Shown piece after piece: positions 24,798 through 34,413 of a DNA stretch of 64,000 nucleotides; the first letter of the stretch is position 1; the number at the start of each line of letters is the position of its first letter. The translations under genes were made by a program, and so were the position numbers. Under the pieces are notes generated by a model. It made no database searches. It was not told the origin of the DNA and saw nothing but the letters and a program-made list of their open reading frames with translations. The DNA is from an uncultured Pseudomonadota bacterium (lineage in GTDB: Bacteria; Babelota; Babeliae; Babelales; UBA12411). The stretch spans positions 258-64,257 of the forward strand of contig CAZBHK010000007.1 of NCBI GenBank assembly GCA_964491895.1, given 5' to 3'.

Positions 24798-27242
24798 TTA
24801 TTGACAAGATTCACAGCTTTGATCGTTTATGTTACAGGATGTGGTTGAATTATTACGTTTTTGAGTAAATCCAAATTTTTTTGCATCTAAGGTAGATTTT
24901 TCTATTTGGCTGGCTCCAAGTGTGCGTAAGTAATAGGTTGATTTGAGTCCCAGTTTCCATGCAGTTAGATAAATTGTGTTAAGTTTTTGTCCTGATACAC
25001 CTTTTAGGAATACGTTGTGTGATTGGCTTTGATCTATCCATTTACCACGTTCTGCAGTAAGCTTTAATAACCATTCTGGATCTATATCAAATGCTTCTTT
25101 GTATTTAGCTCTGATATTTTGTGGAATAGTTTGAATCTTTTCAATGTTACCGTCATGGAATTTAATTTGATCAAGCATGTCTTGGTTCCATAAATTTAAT
25201 TTTTTTAGATCATTAACTAGATAATTATTAATTATTGTAAATTCACCACTCATATTTGATTTAACATAGATATTTTTATAAATAGGCTCTATGCATGGTA
25301 AACATCCAGAAATGTTTGATATTGTTGCTGTTGGTGCGATGGCCATGGTATTAGAGTTACGCATACCATATTGCTTTACATGATCTCGAACCTTTTGCCA
25401 GTTTAAGGTTTCATTTTTAGTAACATTTGTTGATAGACCACGTTCTTCTTCTAGTAATGTTATTGTATCTATTGGAAAAATATTTTTATTCCATTTAGAT
25501 CCTTTATAACTTAGATAGGCACCACGTTCTTTAGCGAGTTTAGAAGATGCTAATATTGCATGATAAGAGAAGAATTCAGTGATCTCGTTAGCAAAGACTA
25601 GAGCTTCTTGAGAATCGAAATTGATATTGAGTTTGAAAAGTGCATCTTGGAAGCCCATCATGCCTAATCCGACAGGTCTATGTTTTAAGTTTGAGTTTTC
25701 ACCTTCTTTTGTAGGATAGAAGTTGATGTCTATAATATTGTCTAACATTCGCATAGCAGTCTGTATGGTTTTGGTTATTTTATTTTTATTTATTTCACCG
25801 TTATTAATATGTTTTTCGAGGTTTATTGAACCTAAGTTACATACGGCTGTTTCTTCTGATGATGTATTAAGTGAGATCTCTGTACAAAGGTTAGAGCTAT
25901 GAATAACACCGACGTGATCTTGTGGTGAGCGTATGTTAAATGCATCTTTGAAGGTTAACCATGGGTGTCCGGTTTCAAATAATCGTGTTAACATTTTTTT
26001 CCAAAGCTCTTTTGCTGGTATTACTTTATACAATGTAATTTCCCCAGTTTGAGTAAATGCTTCGTATTCTTCATAGCGTTTCTCAAATTTTTTTCCGTAA
26101 AGATCGTGGAGGTCTGGTACTTCATTGGGTGTGAATAGGGTCCACTCTTTATTTTCTAGTACACGTTTCATAAAGAGATCAGGGATCCAGTGTGCTGTAT
26201 TAATATCATGGGTTCTGCGACGTTCATCGCCAGTATTTTTCTTTAAGTCTAAAAAGTCTTCTATTTCTAGGTGCCAGGTCTCTAGATATACAACCGTTGC
26301 GCCTCTTCTACTACCACTTCTGCTTATTGCGACTGTTACATCGTTAGTAATTTTTAAGAAAGGAACAAGTCCTTGGCTACCAATATTAACAGTTTTAATT
26401 AATGAGCCTGTTGATCTGATATTTGTCCAGTCATTAGCAACACCACCAGACCATTTAGACATTTGTGCATTATCACCAATGCATTTAAAAATATGGAAGA
26501 GATCATCTTTCACAGTGGTAAGGTAACAAGAGCTTAGTTGAGGACGTATAAGTCCTGCATGAAGTAATGTAGGTGTTGAAGGCACAAAAGCCATTGAAGA
26601 GATAAGGTTATAAAATTCAATGGCTTTCTCTTCTTTATTTTTTTCTAGTAGTGAAATGCCCATGGCAATACGCATCCAAAATGCTTGAGGTGTTTCAAAT
26701 CTAATGCCATTATTTTTTAAAAAGTATTTTTCATAAAGTGTTTGTAAGCCTATATAATTGAAAATTTTATCTTTGGAGATATCTATAGCTGAGGCCATGT
26801 AGTTTAGGTTAAAATCTAATAATCGTTTATCAATAAAGTTCATTTCGACAAGCTTATAAATATTGTTAATAAAGCTTTTTTTATAAAGCTCATTTCTAGT
26901 ATCTTTAGTTGTTGAAGAGTTGAGCACTTCTTTATAGATTTTTTGTAGTAAAAAAGTAGTGGCGACATGATCATATTCTGGATCTTGTTCAATAAGTGGT
27001 ACTGTAGAAAGAATGAGAGCCTTTTCTATGTCTATTGTTTCTATACCTTCATGTATATTTTTAAAAAGTTCTTTGATTATTGTGGTTTCACTAAGATTAT
27101 AGTTTTTACATGCCCTAGTAATATTGATACGTATCTTATCTAAATCAAAGCTTGTTAGCGTACCATTACGTTTTTTAATTGAGTTTATTACTGGTAGATT
27201 TACAATATTTTGAGTTATTATTGGTCTGATTACTTTTTCCAT
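24798..27242 (-). CDS. nrdA: Ribonucleotide reductase large subunit (class I) with N-terminal ATP-cone
   Basis: ATP-cone-like KKRNGTLTSFDLDKIRINI, active-site NLCTEI, PTATIS, YYLR, and the C-terminal redox pair CESCQ. ATG 27242 with AAGGGA upstream is preferred over TTG 27263. Confidence 0.95.
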   Translation of the reverse strand: MEKVIRPIITQNIVNLPVINSIKKRNGTLTSFDLDKIRINITRACKNYNLSETTIIKELFKNIHEGIETIDIEKALILSTVPLIEQDPEYDHVATTFLLQKIYKEVLNSSTTKDTRNELYKKSFINNIYKLVEMNFIDKRLLDFNLNYMASAIDISKDKIFNYIGLQTLYEKYFLKNNGIRFETPQAFWMRIAMGISLLEKNKEEKAIEFYNLISSMAFVPSTPTLLHAGLIRPQLSSCYLTTVKDDLFHIFKCIGDNAQMSKWSGGVANDWTNIRSTGSLIKTVNIGSQGLVPFLKITNDVTVAISRSGSRRGATVVYLETWHLEIEDFLDLKKNTGDERRRTHDINTAHWIPDLFMKRVLENKEWTLFTPNEVPDLHDLYGKKFEKRYEEYEAFTQTGEITLYKVIPAKELWKKMLTRLFETGHPWLTFKDAFNIRSPQDHVGVIHSSNLCTEISLNTSSEETAVCNLGSINLEKHINNGEINKNKITKTIQTAMRMLDNIIDINFYPTKEGENSNLKHRPVGLGMMGFQDALFKLNINFDSQEALVFANEITEFFSYHAILASSKLAKERGAYLSYKGSKWNKNIFPIDTITLLEEERGLSTNVTKNETLNWQKVRDHVKQYGMRNSNTMAIAPTATISNISGCLPCIEPIYKNIYVKSNMSGEFTIINNYLVNDLKKLNLWNQDMLDQIKFHDGNIEKIQTIPQNIRAKYKEAFDIDPEWLLKLTAERGKWIDQSQSHNVFLKGVSGQKLNTIYLTAWKLGLKSTYYLRTLGASQIEKSTLDAKKFGFTQKRNNSTTSCNINDQSCESCQ

Positions 27243-27478
27243 TTTATCCCTTTCAAATTCCAATTTTTGAGGCTTATGTTTAACTTTAGTTGATCACTTT
27301 AAAACCTACAATGATTAAAGCTGTTTATATTTTATTTAAAAAACTATTTAGTATTTAATGGTTCTCTTGTATATGAAATTAATAATAGTAATTTTAATAA
27401 ATGCTTCCAAAACTATTATTTGTAAAATAGCAGAAGGCATCTTTGTATGAAAAAATTATTTTTAGGGATATAAAATAG

Positions 27479-27516
27479 AAAAAGGTGCTAAATTTTTAAA
27501 TTTAACACCTTTTAAA
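27479..27516 (-). terminator. Rho-independent-type terminator downstream of the hydrolase gene
   Basis: aaaaggtg...cacctttt stem with a nested palindrome taaattt/aaattta. A T-run follows on the minus strand. It lies between the hydrolase stop (27590) and the nrdA start. Confidence 0.5.
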
Positions 27517-27589
27517 ATAGAATTTGTTTGTACTTAAAGAAATAGTCTGTATTTCTAACTATATATTCAAAAAATGTTCAAAGAGTGAA

Positions 27590-28657
27590 TTAATTTATTG
27601 TAGAGTCATATTTTAATAAGTTAAAATATGTCAAAAATTTTATAAATGCTTCTCGGTATTGAAATGGTACTGATGTATGAATACGTACATGTTTTCCAAA
27701 TTCAGATTTTAAGAACATTTTTGGACAGGTTGCTTCTTTATAAATACTGATCCCCATTTCTATAGGAGAGAATTTGTCGTGTGTTGAATGCTCTACAAGA
27801 CATGGAATAGTAATATTTTTTATAAGTTCTATAGGCTTTAAATCAAAAAGATTACCCTTAAATTGTTTAGCATGTAAGTTTTGTGCCCACTTACTTCTAA
27901 CTATAATCCACTGTATTATATTGAGATCTGGATCTTGAGCAGCTTTTTCTATAAGGTATTCAAATTTAGTAAATGGTGAGTTTAAAACTATGGCATCAGG
28001 TATATTATAACCATATTTTTGTGCCATATTGATAGCATGAAGGCACATTGCTCCACCCATACAAAAACCTACAAGTACAATGGGTTTATTATTATCTTTT
28101 TTAATAAAGTCGATAATAGCTAAAATATCTTTGTATGCATTAGTTCCAAATACTCGACCCATTGTGCCACTGCTATGTCCAAAGCCTCTCCAGTCAAAAG
28201 TAAATATATTAAATTCTGGAAACAATGCAGCAAATGGGGTGCCCCATTCTTTTAATGGGGTTGCTTGTTCAAAAAAGCCTGTAACGTAAATAATGTTTAC
28301 GGGAGCATTAGGTCTTTTGAAATATAAGGATGAGATCAATAAATTATCTTCAGTTTTTATGAAGAGTTCTTGTGCTCCTATTTGCTTTGCTCTTTCTCTT
28401 GTTATATATCGTTTATTATTTCCAGTAAGTTGTGGTTTTTGATTAAATAGTAATTTTGTAAAACGATCAAAAAAGCCTTCTTGAGGAGTGTATTCGTAAA
28501 AAAATGGCTTTATTTTATTGTACCAAACCTTGTCCTCTGGAACTTTATGCGTTATGTATATGTCTGGAGCGAATGATTTTTCTTGATACTTATATAAATT
28601 ACCAAAAATATTTTCTACTAGTATAGTGGTTATTAATAAAAATTTATAAATTTTCAT
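27590..28657 (-). CDS. Secreted dienelactone-hydrolase-type alpha/beta hydrolase (Cys nucleophile)
   Basis: Signal peptide MKIYKFLLITTILVENIFG, FDWRGFGHSSG, and a nucleophile elbow VGFCMGGAM (G-F-C-M-G-G, as in the DLH GYCLGG). The ATG 28657 overlaps the upstream gene's TGA (ATGA). Confidence 0.65.
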   Translation of the reverse strand: MKIYKFLLITTILVENIFGNLYKYQEKSFAPDIYITHKVPEDKVWYNKIKPFFYEYTPQEGFFDRFTKLLFNQKPQLTGNNKRYITRERAKQIGAQELFIKTEDNLLISSLYFKRPNAPVNIIYVTGFFEQATPLKEWGTPFAALFPEFNIFTFDWRGFGHSSGTMGRVFGTNAYKDILAIIDFIKKDNNKPIVLVGFCMGGAMCLHAINMAQKYGYNIPDAIVLNSPFTKFEYLIEKAAQDPDLNIIQWIIVRSKWAQNLHAKQFKGNLFDLKPIELIKNITIPCLVEHSTHDKFSPIEMGISIYKEATCPKMFLKSEFGKHVRIHTSVPFQYREAFIKFLTYFNLLKYDSTIN

Positions 28658-30468
28658 GACTCGCAACAGTTATATATTAAATCTAAAATTAATTTCTTAT
28701 TTTCTAAGATAGTGTGTTTAGTTAAGCCCGCAAGTAATTCTGCCTTTTTTCTAGTGTAATAAAAATTTATAGTATTGCAAAAATATGCATTTGCAGGATC
28801 AAAATCTTTTGAATAATTTTCATTTTTTTTAAGTGGGATATAAACAATAGTTGGACATCCTTCTTTTTTAAAAATATTTATATTTTTTATATTTGTATAA
28901 TCAATATCAGGTATTTTAAAACCATATTTATATACTAAATCTTCAGCAATTTTTAAGTTTTTTGCAACAGAATTTATTTCTTGTTTGTTATCTAGAATAA
29001 AAATAATATCAATTTTTCTTTCTGGTTTAAGCATCGAGATTAGTGGAATATTAGATACATATCCACCATCCACTAATTCTAAAGTTTTTTTATCTTTAAT
29101 TGGTGAATTTTCTATATTATAGGAAAAATTAGCTACTTTGGCAGGTGAAAATTTCTTAGTTGATGAATGTGTTTTTTCAGTAAGCTTGGCTACACTATTA
29201 TATAGATAGGAATTCTCAGGCATATTTTCTTTAATATATTTTAATATATCATTAATGCTGGCAGAAAAAGATGAACCAAGAATGCCCATTAAGAATCCAA
29301 GACTAATTTCAGGAACTATGTTTTTTGATTCTCCAGAATCAAAATCTCTGCCTAATGCCCAGTTAGGTATATAGCTATTTAAATAGTCACTACCGATTTC
29401 ATATGGTGATATTTCTAATAATTCATATTTTTGATTAGCTCTAAATGCTGCATTAAATATAGGATATGGAAACTCAATCAGGTTATCTTTTATCATAATG
29501 TCAGAAATTACAGTTGAGAACTGTTGAGAATCTCTATGTTTGAGTAATTTATCAGTTAGCAACGTTCCATAGTAATCTATGACATTGAATGGTTGTTTAT
29601 AAAGAATCTTTTGTTGAAGAAGATTCCCTATTTTTATAGATGCATTTTTACTAGGTATCCAAAATTTATCTTCTCCATATGAAAGAAACTTTTCTTTAAA
29701 GCTATTAAAATCTTTGCCAGAAGCTAGCCATGAAATGACAGTCCAGGATGATCCAGATATTGCATTATAATATAATACATTATCCAAAAGATTCATTTCA
29801 TTAAAGCCATCAAGTAAGCCTAATGCAGCGAACATAGCTCTAAAGCCGCCACCACTAGCACAGATAGCTATACGTGGAGTTTTATTTATTGGTTTTTGGA
29901 AAAGTTCTTCTAAATTATTTTTTATGTTGGATAGGCGCTTATTTATAAATTCTTCTTCAGATTGAGAGAGTTCAGTATTATTTCGAACTTTTGCTATATT
30001 TTTTTTAAAATTATTTTGTAATAAAAATTTTTTTTTAAGGAATAATTTCCTTTTGTGGAGCTTCCATTCCAATGGATTGAATTTTGTTAAAATATTCTTT
30101 TTATAACCAAAGTAAATATCGGTATTAAAAAATCTTTTAGGCTTTATTGATAACAGATCATTTAAGCATTCTTGTTTAAAAAGAGTATCTTTTATTTCTC
30201 CAATAATGATTTTCTGATTTGGAGAGTATGTGTATTCTAGTTGATATGCAATATTTAATGGTAGTTTTATTATTTCTCCATTTAATTGAATATTATTATC
30301 CTTAACTTCATAGACTCCAGCAAAAAGAGCATCTCCTGTCTTATTATATAGCTTTATCCTTGATAGTTTAGATGGGGATCCATACATCTTGATATTAGAG
30401 GTTAGGAGCCCTAATCCTATAATTAAGTAAAAAGATTTTATCTTGTTAAATAAGTTTTTAATTTTCAT
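28654..30468 (-). CDS. Secreted cPLA2 / phospholipase-B-type (PLAc-like) lipase
   Basis: Hydrophobic N-terminus FYLIIGLGLLTS. ICASGGGFRAMFAALG (oxyanion GGGFR), YNAISGSSWT (G.SGS nucleophile) and ELVDGGYVSNIP (Asp) mirror the cPLA2 motifs SGGGFRAM / GLSGSTW / D.G. Confidence 0.7.
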   Translation of the reverse strand: MKIKNLFNKIKSFYLIIGLGLLTSNIKMYGSPSKLSRIKLYNKTGDALFAGVYEVKDNNIQLNGEIIKLPLNIAYQLEYTYSPNQKIIIGEIKDTLFKQECLNDLLSIKPKRFFNTDIYFGYKKNILTKFNPLEWKLHKRKLFLKKKFLLQNNFKKNIAKVRNNTELSQSEEEFINKRLSNIKNNLEELFQKPINKTPRIAICASGGGFRAMFAALGLLDGFNEMNLLDNVLYYNAISGSSWTVISWLASGKDFNSFKEKFLSYGEDKFWIPSKNASIKIGNLLQQKILYKQPFNVIDYYGTLLTDKLLKHRDSQQFSTVISDIMIKDNLIEFPYPIFNAAFRANQKYELLEISPYEIGSDYLNSYIPNWALGRDFDSGESKNIVPEISLGFLMGILGSSFSASINDILKYIKENMPENSYLYNSVAKLTEKTHSSTKKFSPAKVANFSYNIENSPIKDKKTLELVDGGYVSNIPLISMLKPERKIDIIFILDNKQEINSVAKNLKIAEDLVYKYGFKIPDIDYTNIKNINIFKKEGCPTIVYIPLKKNENYSKDFDPANAYFCNTINFYYTRKKAELLAGLTKHTILENKKLILDLIYNCCES

Positions 30469-30533
30469 GAATCTTTCATTTTATTGATTTCTTAATATTA
30501 ACATAACTATTATAATAAAAAAATGGGGTATTG

Positions 30534-30926
30534 ATGATGTATATTATAGTGTTATGCCTCATAGGCATTGCTGTTTCTTTATATTCTTATTACGTTGAAT
30601 TTAGGCTTAAAAAAGTTCAGAATTATAGACCATTTTGTGATATATCAAATAGTGCGTCTTGTTCAAAACCTTTTAAAAGTGGTTATTCTCATTTGTTTTA
30701 TATACCTAACTCCATTATGGGTATTCTTTTTTATATAGTGATCATAGGTTTTGCCCACTTGAATTACCTTGAAATGGTATTACGCTTAGCCATTCTTGGG
30801 GCATTAGTTACCATAATCTTGGGCTATATTTTATTCTTTAAGATAAGGTCTTTTTGTCTATTATGTGTGTCTATATATATGATTAATATTTTGATTTTAA
30901 TTTTAGTTTTGAAAAAGGTATATTGA
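30534..30926 (+). CDS. VKOR-family (vitamin K epoxide reductase-like) thiol oxidoreductase
   Basis: Four hydrophobic helices, a loop Cys pair CDISNSASC, and CLLC (CxxC) at the start of the last helix. Confidence 0.7.
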   Translation: MMYIIVLCLIGIAVSLYSYYVEFRLKKVQNYRPFCDISNSASCSKPFKSGYSHLFYIPNSIMGILFYIVIIGFAHLNYLEMVLRLAILGALVTIILGYILFFKIRSFCLLCVSIYMINILILILVLKKVY

Positions 30927-31360
30927 TGAGTATCTTTTATTTGTTATTAACTCCCTATGCATTAACCAATAAAGCTCTTGTAGGTTTACGTATTGTTTTA
31001 GGTATAATGACGGTTCTGCATGGACTGCCAAAGATTTTTGGAGGGAAGCCTAAGTGGAAATTTTTGGGTTCTACCATGCAAAATTTAGGTATTTATTTTG
31101 CACCGGTTATGTGGGGCTTTATAGCAGCGAGTACGGAGTTCTTTGGTGGTATACTTCTTGTTTTAGGTTTGGGAACTAGAATCGTAAGTTTATTATTAGT
31201 ATTTATGATGTTTGTTGCCATGATATTTCATCTTAAAAGAAAAGATTTATTTAATGTATATTCATATTCCCTTGCCTTGTTTATTATTTTTGTATGGTTT
31301 TTTATAGTAGGTAGTGGACGTTTTTCATTGGATTACTATTTTTTTAGTATGTTATTCTAA
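30926..31360 (+). CDS. DoxX-family membrane protein
   Basis: GLRIVLGIMTVLHGLPKIFG and FAPVMWGFIAASTEFFGGILLVLGLGTR are typical of DoxX. The ATG overlaps the VKOR stop (TGATG). Confidence 0.65.
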   Translation: MSIFYLLLTPYALTNKALVGLRIVLGIMTVLHGLPKIFGGKPKWKFLGSTMQNLGIYFAPVMWGFIAASTEFFGGILLVLGLGTRIVSLLLVFMMFVAMIFHLKRKDLFNVYSYSLALFIIFVWFFIVGSGRFSLDYYFFSMLF

Positions 31361-31391
31361 AAATTGCTTATCTTAATTATTTGATTTTTAA

Positions 31392-31468
31392 TGGTGTGCC
31401 CGACAGGATTCGAACCTGTGACCTACGGATTAGAAATCCGTTGCTCTATCCAACTGAGCTACGGGCAC
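31392..31468 (-). tRNA. tRNA-Arg (anticodon UCU), CCA encoded
   Basis: Reverse complement gtgcccgtagctcagttggatagagcaacggatttctaatccgtaggtcacaggttcgaatcctgtcgggcacacca folds as a cloverleaf. Anticodon stem acgga/tccgt, loop tt-TCT-aa. Confidence 0.9.
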
Positions 31469-31471
31469 ATA

Positions 31472-31547
31472 TGGTCGGGGTGGCCAGACTCGAACTGGCG
31501 ACCCCTCGCTCCCAAAGCGAGTGCGCTACCAACTGCGCCACACCCCG
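31472..31547 (-). tRNA. tRNA-Pro (anticodon UGG), CCA encoded
   Basis: Reverse complement cggggtgtggcgcagttggtagcgcactcgctttgggagcgaggggtcgccagttcgagtctggccaccccgacca. Anticodon stem ctcgc/gcgag, loop tt-TGG-ga. Confidence 0.9.
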
Positions 31548-31604
31548 AATAAGATTTCTAAAGAGTTTATATAATACTTAGACTTGAGTAAATATATATT
31601 TTTA

Positions 31605-31681
31605 TGGGGTGAACGACGGGTCTCGAACCCGCGACCCTCAGAACCACAATCTGATGCTCTACCAACTGAGCTACGTCCACC
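31605..31681 (-). tRNA. tRNA-His (anticodon GUG) with encoded G-1, CCA encoded
   Basis: Reverse complement g-gtggacgtagctcagttggtagagcatcagattgtggttctgagggtcgcgggttcgagacccgtcgttcacccca. Anticodon stem tcaga/tctga, loop tt-GTG-gt. An extra 5' G lies opposite discriminator C. Confidence 0.88.
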
Positions 31682-31723
31682 ATGTTAAAGATAATTATAA
31701 TGGTTTTAATGGAAATTAAAAGC

Positions 31724-33343
31724 TTAGTTGATTTTTTTTATTCCCACGGTGTCATCAGTTAATAAGCTCTTGTGTAGGAAGGCTAGTGCTTTTTCTCTTG
31801 TTTCTACTTTAGCTGGAGAGTGTTTTTTAGCCATAGAGATCAAGCTGATCATGCTGGCTGCCTTCTGGATATGAATATCCTTCAAAATATTATTTTTGAA
31901 TTTGGATTCCCAGTTTTCATCTTCTTTTTTGGCTTCAACCTTAGGTTCATCTTTTTGTGAAAGACCTTTGAGTGCTTCTTCGCGTTTGATATGATATTTT
32001 AAAGAGCTTTCATTGCCAATAAACTCTTCCATAAGTTTTAATTCTTGTTCAGGCACTATTCTTGGCTTGATAGCAAAATCAGGTTTGATACCAGTAGCTT
32101 GTATAGATACCTTGCCTGGAAGATCATATAGCATAGTAGTGAGTTTTAAGGCACAACCATTAGATATTGGTATGACTTCTTGTACGGAGCCTTTACCAAA
32201 GGTCGTTGCTCCTAGAAGGAAGACCATAGGTCTGCTATTTAGTTTTTCATCTTTTGTTGAGGCATAATATTTTAAACATCCAGCTAAAATTTCAGCAGCA
32301 GAAGCTGTAAAGTTGTCTATTAATAGGAATATAGGCATATCATTTTTAATAATAGGATTGGTAGTAGTTTTGTATTCTGCTATAGTCTTGCCATCCTTAT
32401 TTCTGGTTGATACAACAAGAGATCCTTTTTTTAAAAATAAACCAGCGGTTCCTACTACTGAGTCTAATATACCACCAGAGTTTTTACGTAGATCTAAGAT
32501 CATACCTTTGCAGTTTTTATTTACCTTATTGAACTGTTCCATAATATTTTGTGTGGCGTTTTCGGTAAATAAACGTAGACCTAAATAGAGAATATTTTGG
32601 TCTTCAAAGTAGTAAGAGGTAGCTACTTGGTTTTTTATCATTTCACGTTTAACATCGAATTCTAAGAGCTTGTTATCACGAATAACTTTTAGTTTAACAA
32701 TAGAGTTCACAACACCGCGTAATTTATTAACAACGTCATCAGAAGACATGCCGCGTAACTTTTCACCATTTATTGCAATAATTTTATCAGCTGTTTGTAT
32801 GCCGGCCTTATATGAAGGACCATCTGCTATTGCCTCTGTTACTACTAGTTCATCAGCATTGGTTGCCTTGCTCATGACTGTTATCCCGATACCGGAGAAC
32901 TCTCCAGAAGTAGTAGCTCTAGTTTCATCAAAGCTTTTTCTACTAAAAAATGCTGAGTGGGCATCAACATATGGGACTGCTGCAGTAAGCGCTTCTTCTA
33001 TAAACTTTCTAAAGTTTACGTTTCTAAAGCCTTTACGTTCTATGAGGTCTATAACTTCGGCCAACATTCTTAGACTAGAATAAAAATCATCTGGAGAGAC
33101 TACTTCATTTTTTTCTGTTTTTATATTAGATACTAGTTTTGTGGCAAAGCTTTGTTCTTTAGTAAGGTTTGCGATAATATTTGTGTTTTTCTTAGCTGGT
33201 ATGTGTTTTGCAATTGAATTTTTTTTTAACTTGTTTAAGTTAGGAATTGCTTGCGTTTCAGACATTAGTAGTGGTGTGTTAAAAAAACTTCCCGCTTCTA
33301 TGAGTGAGAAAGACAAGCAAAATACAGTAATAAATTTTTTCAC
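31724..33343 (-). CDS. ctpA: Carboxy-terminal processing (tail-specific, S41) protease with PDZ domain
   Basis: Signal peptide, PDZ FSGIGITV / GPSYKAGIQTADKIIAING, DLRKNSGG, catalytic NFTASAAEI and TFGKGSVQ. Confidence 0.88.
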   Translation of the reverse strand: MKKFITVFCLSFSLIEAGSFFNTPLLMSETQAIPNLNKLKKNSIAKHIPAKKNTNIIANLTKEQSFATKLVSNIKTEKNEVVSPDDFYSSLRMLAEVIDLIERKGFRNVNFRKFIEEALTAAVPYVDAHSAFFSRKSFDETRATTSGEFSGIGITVMSKATNADELVVTEAIADGPSYKAGIQTADKIIAINGEKLRGMSSDDVVNKLRGVVNSIVKLKVIRDNKLLEFDVKREMIKNQVATSYYFEDQNILYLGLRLFTENATQNIMEQFNKVNKNCKGMILDLRKNSGGILDSVVGTAGLFLKKGSLVVSTRNKDGKTIAEYKTTTNPIIKNDMPIFLLIDNFTASAAEILAGCLKYYASTKDEKLNSRPMVFLLGATTFGKGSVQEVIPISNGCALKLTTMLYDLPGKVSIQATGIKPDFAIKPRIVPEQELKLMEEFIGNESSLKYHIKREEALKGLSQKDEPKVEAKKEDENWESKFKNNILKDIHIQKAASMISLISMAKKHSPAKVETREKALAFLHKSLLTDDTVGIKKIN

Positions 33344-33501
33344 GGAGATACCTTTTATTATAAGTTGTTAAACTAGCATCACCATCAAGAGTTTTTCAAT
33401 AATATGTGTAAAGTTGTTTTTAAACTTACCAAAAAAATGTGCAGATTAAAAAGATTAAATAATTTTTACTACTAAAGACGGTTAAATAAGTTGAGTATAT
33501 T

Positions 33502-34389
33502 ATGGTTGTAAGTACCTTTGATAGAACACTAGAACAGCAGGTTGTGATAGTTACTGGTCTTTCAGGCTCTGGTAAAAATGTTGTTATGAGGGCTTTAGAA
33601 GATCTTGGTTTTTATTGCGTAGATAATCTTCCTGTACCATTAGTTTCCCCATTTTTAAAATTTGCTTTTCAATCACAAGGTTCATTATTAAAAGTAGCCT
33701 TAGTGATAGATGTTAGAGGAAAGCGGTTTCTACAAAACTTTATTCGAGAAATAGAGCAGATACGTCTTGAAGAAAAAGAATATTTTTTTAAGATTATTTT
33801 TCTAGATTCTAGTGATGAAACACTTATTAAAAGGTTTCAAGAAACAAGACGTGCCCATCCATTAGCTAAGGGAATTTCTGTTAGTGATGCTATAAGGATG
33901 GAGAAAGAACTTTTGGAACCTGTTAAACAGCAAGCTGATATTATATTAAATACTGATAATTTTAATATTCATGAGCTTAGAAAATGGGTACAAGAATCTT
34001 TTTCTGATTCAAGTAGCAGGAAAATTTTTGTTAACTTAATATCTTTTGGCTTTAAGTATGGGATTCCCGTAGAAAGTAACATGATTTGTGATGTAAGGTT
34101 TCTTCCTAATCCATATTTTATTCCAGCTCTTAAATCTTTGGATGGTCGAACAAAAGAAATACAAGAATATCTTTTTAAACAACAGTCTGTTTCTTCGTAT
34201 TGGGACAAGATTAAGGATTTTTTAACATATTCTATTAAAAAATATTACGATGAAGGTCACTCATTTGTTAATGTAGCCATAGGATGTACTGGCGGACGGC
34301 ATAGGTCAGTAAGTCTTATAGAGAGACTGAGTAAAGAGACCGTTGATAATACCATTTTTCTAGTACATCATCGTGATATAGATAAATAG
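33502..34389 (+). CDS. rapZ: RNase adapter / nucleotide-binding protein RapZ (YvcJ family)
   Basis: VVIVTGLSGSGKNVVMRALEDLGFYCVDNLP, DVRFLPNPY, and CTGGRHRSV at the C-terminus. Confidence 0.9.
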   Translation: MVVSTFDRTLEQQVVIVTGLSGSGKNVVMRALEDLGFYCVDNLPVPLVSPFLKFAFQSQGSLLKVALVIDVRGKRFLQNFIREIEQIRLEEKEYFFKIIFLDSSDETLIKRFQETRRAHPLAKGISVSDAIRMEKELLEPVKQQADIILNTDNFNIHELRKWVQESFSDSSSRKIFVNLISFGFKYGIPVESNMICDVRFLPNPYFIPALKSLDGRTKEIQEYLFKQQSVSSYWDKIKDFLTYSIKKYYDEGHSFVNVAIGCTGGRHRSVSLIERLSKETVDNTIFLVHHRDIDK

Positions 34390-34413
34390 GTTTTTAAAAA
34401 CTTGGGGGAGTGG

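Noticed and set aside
31381-31581. ORFs 31381..31581(+), 52635..52835(+) and 52801..52989(-) in the ORF track.
   Set aside because: They are read across tRNA genes (Arg/Pro and Arg/Arg clusters). The GC-rich tRNA sequence simply lacks stop codons.
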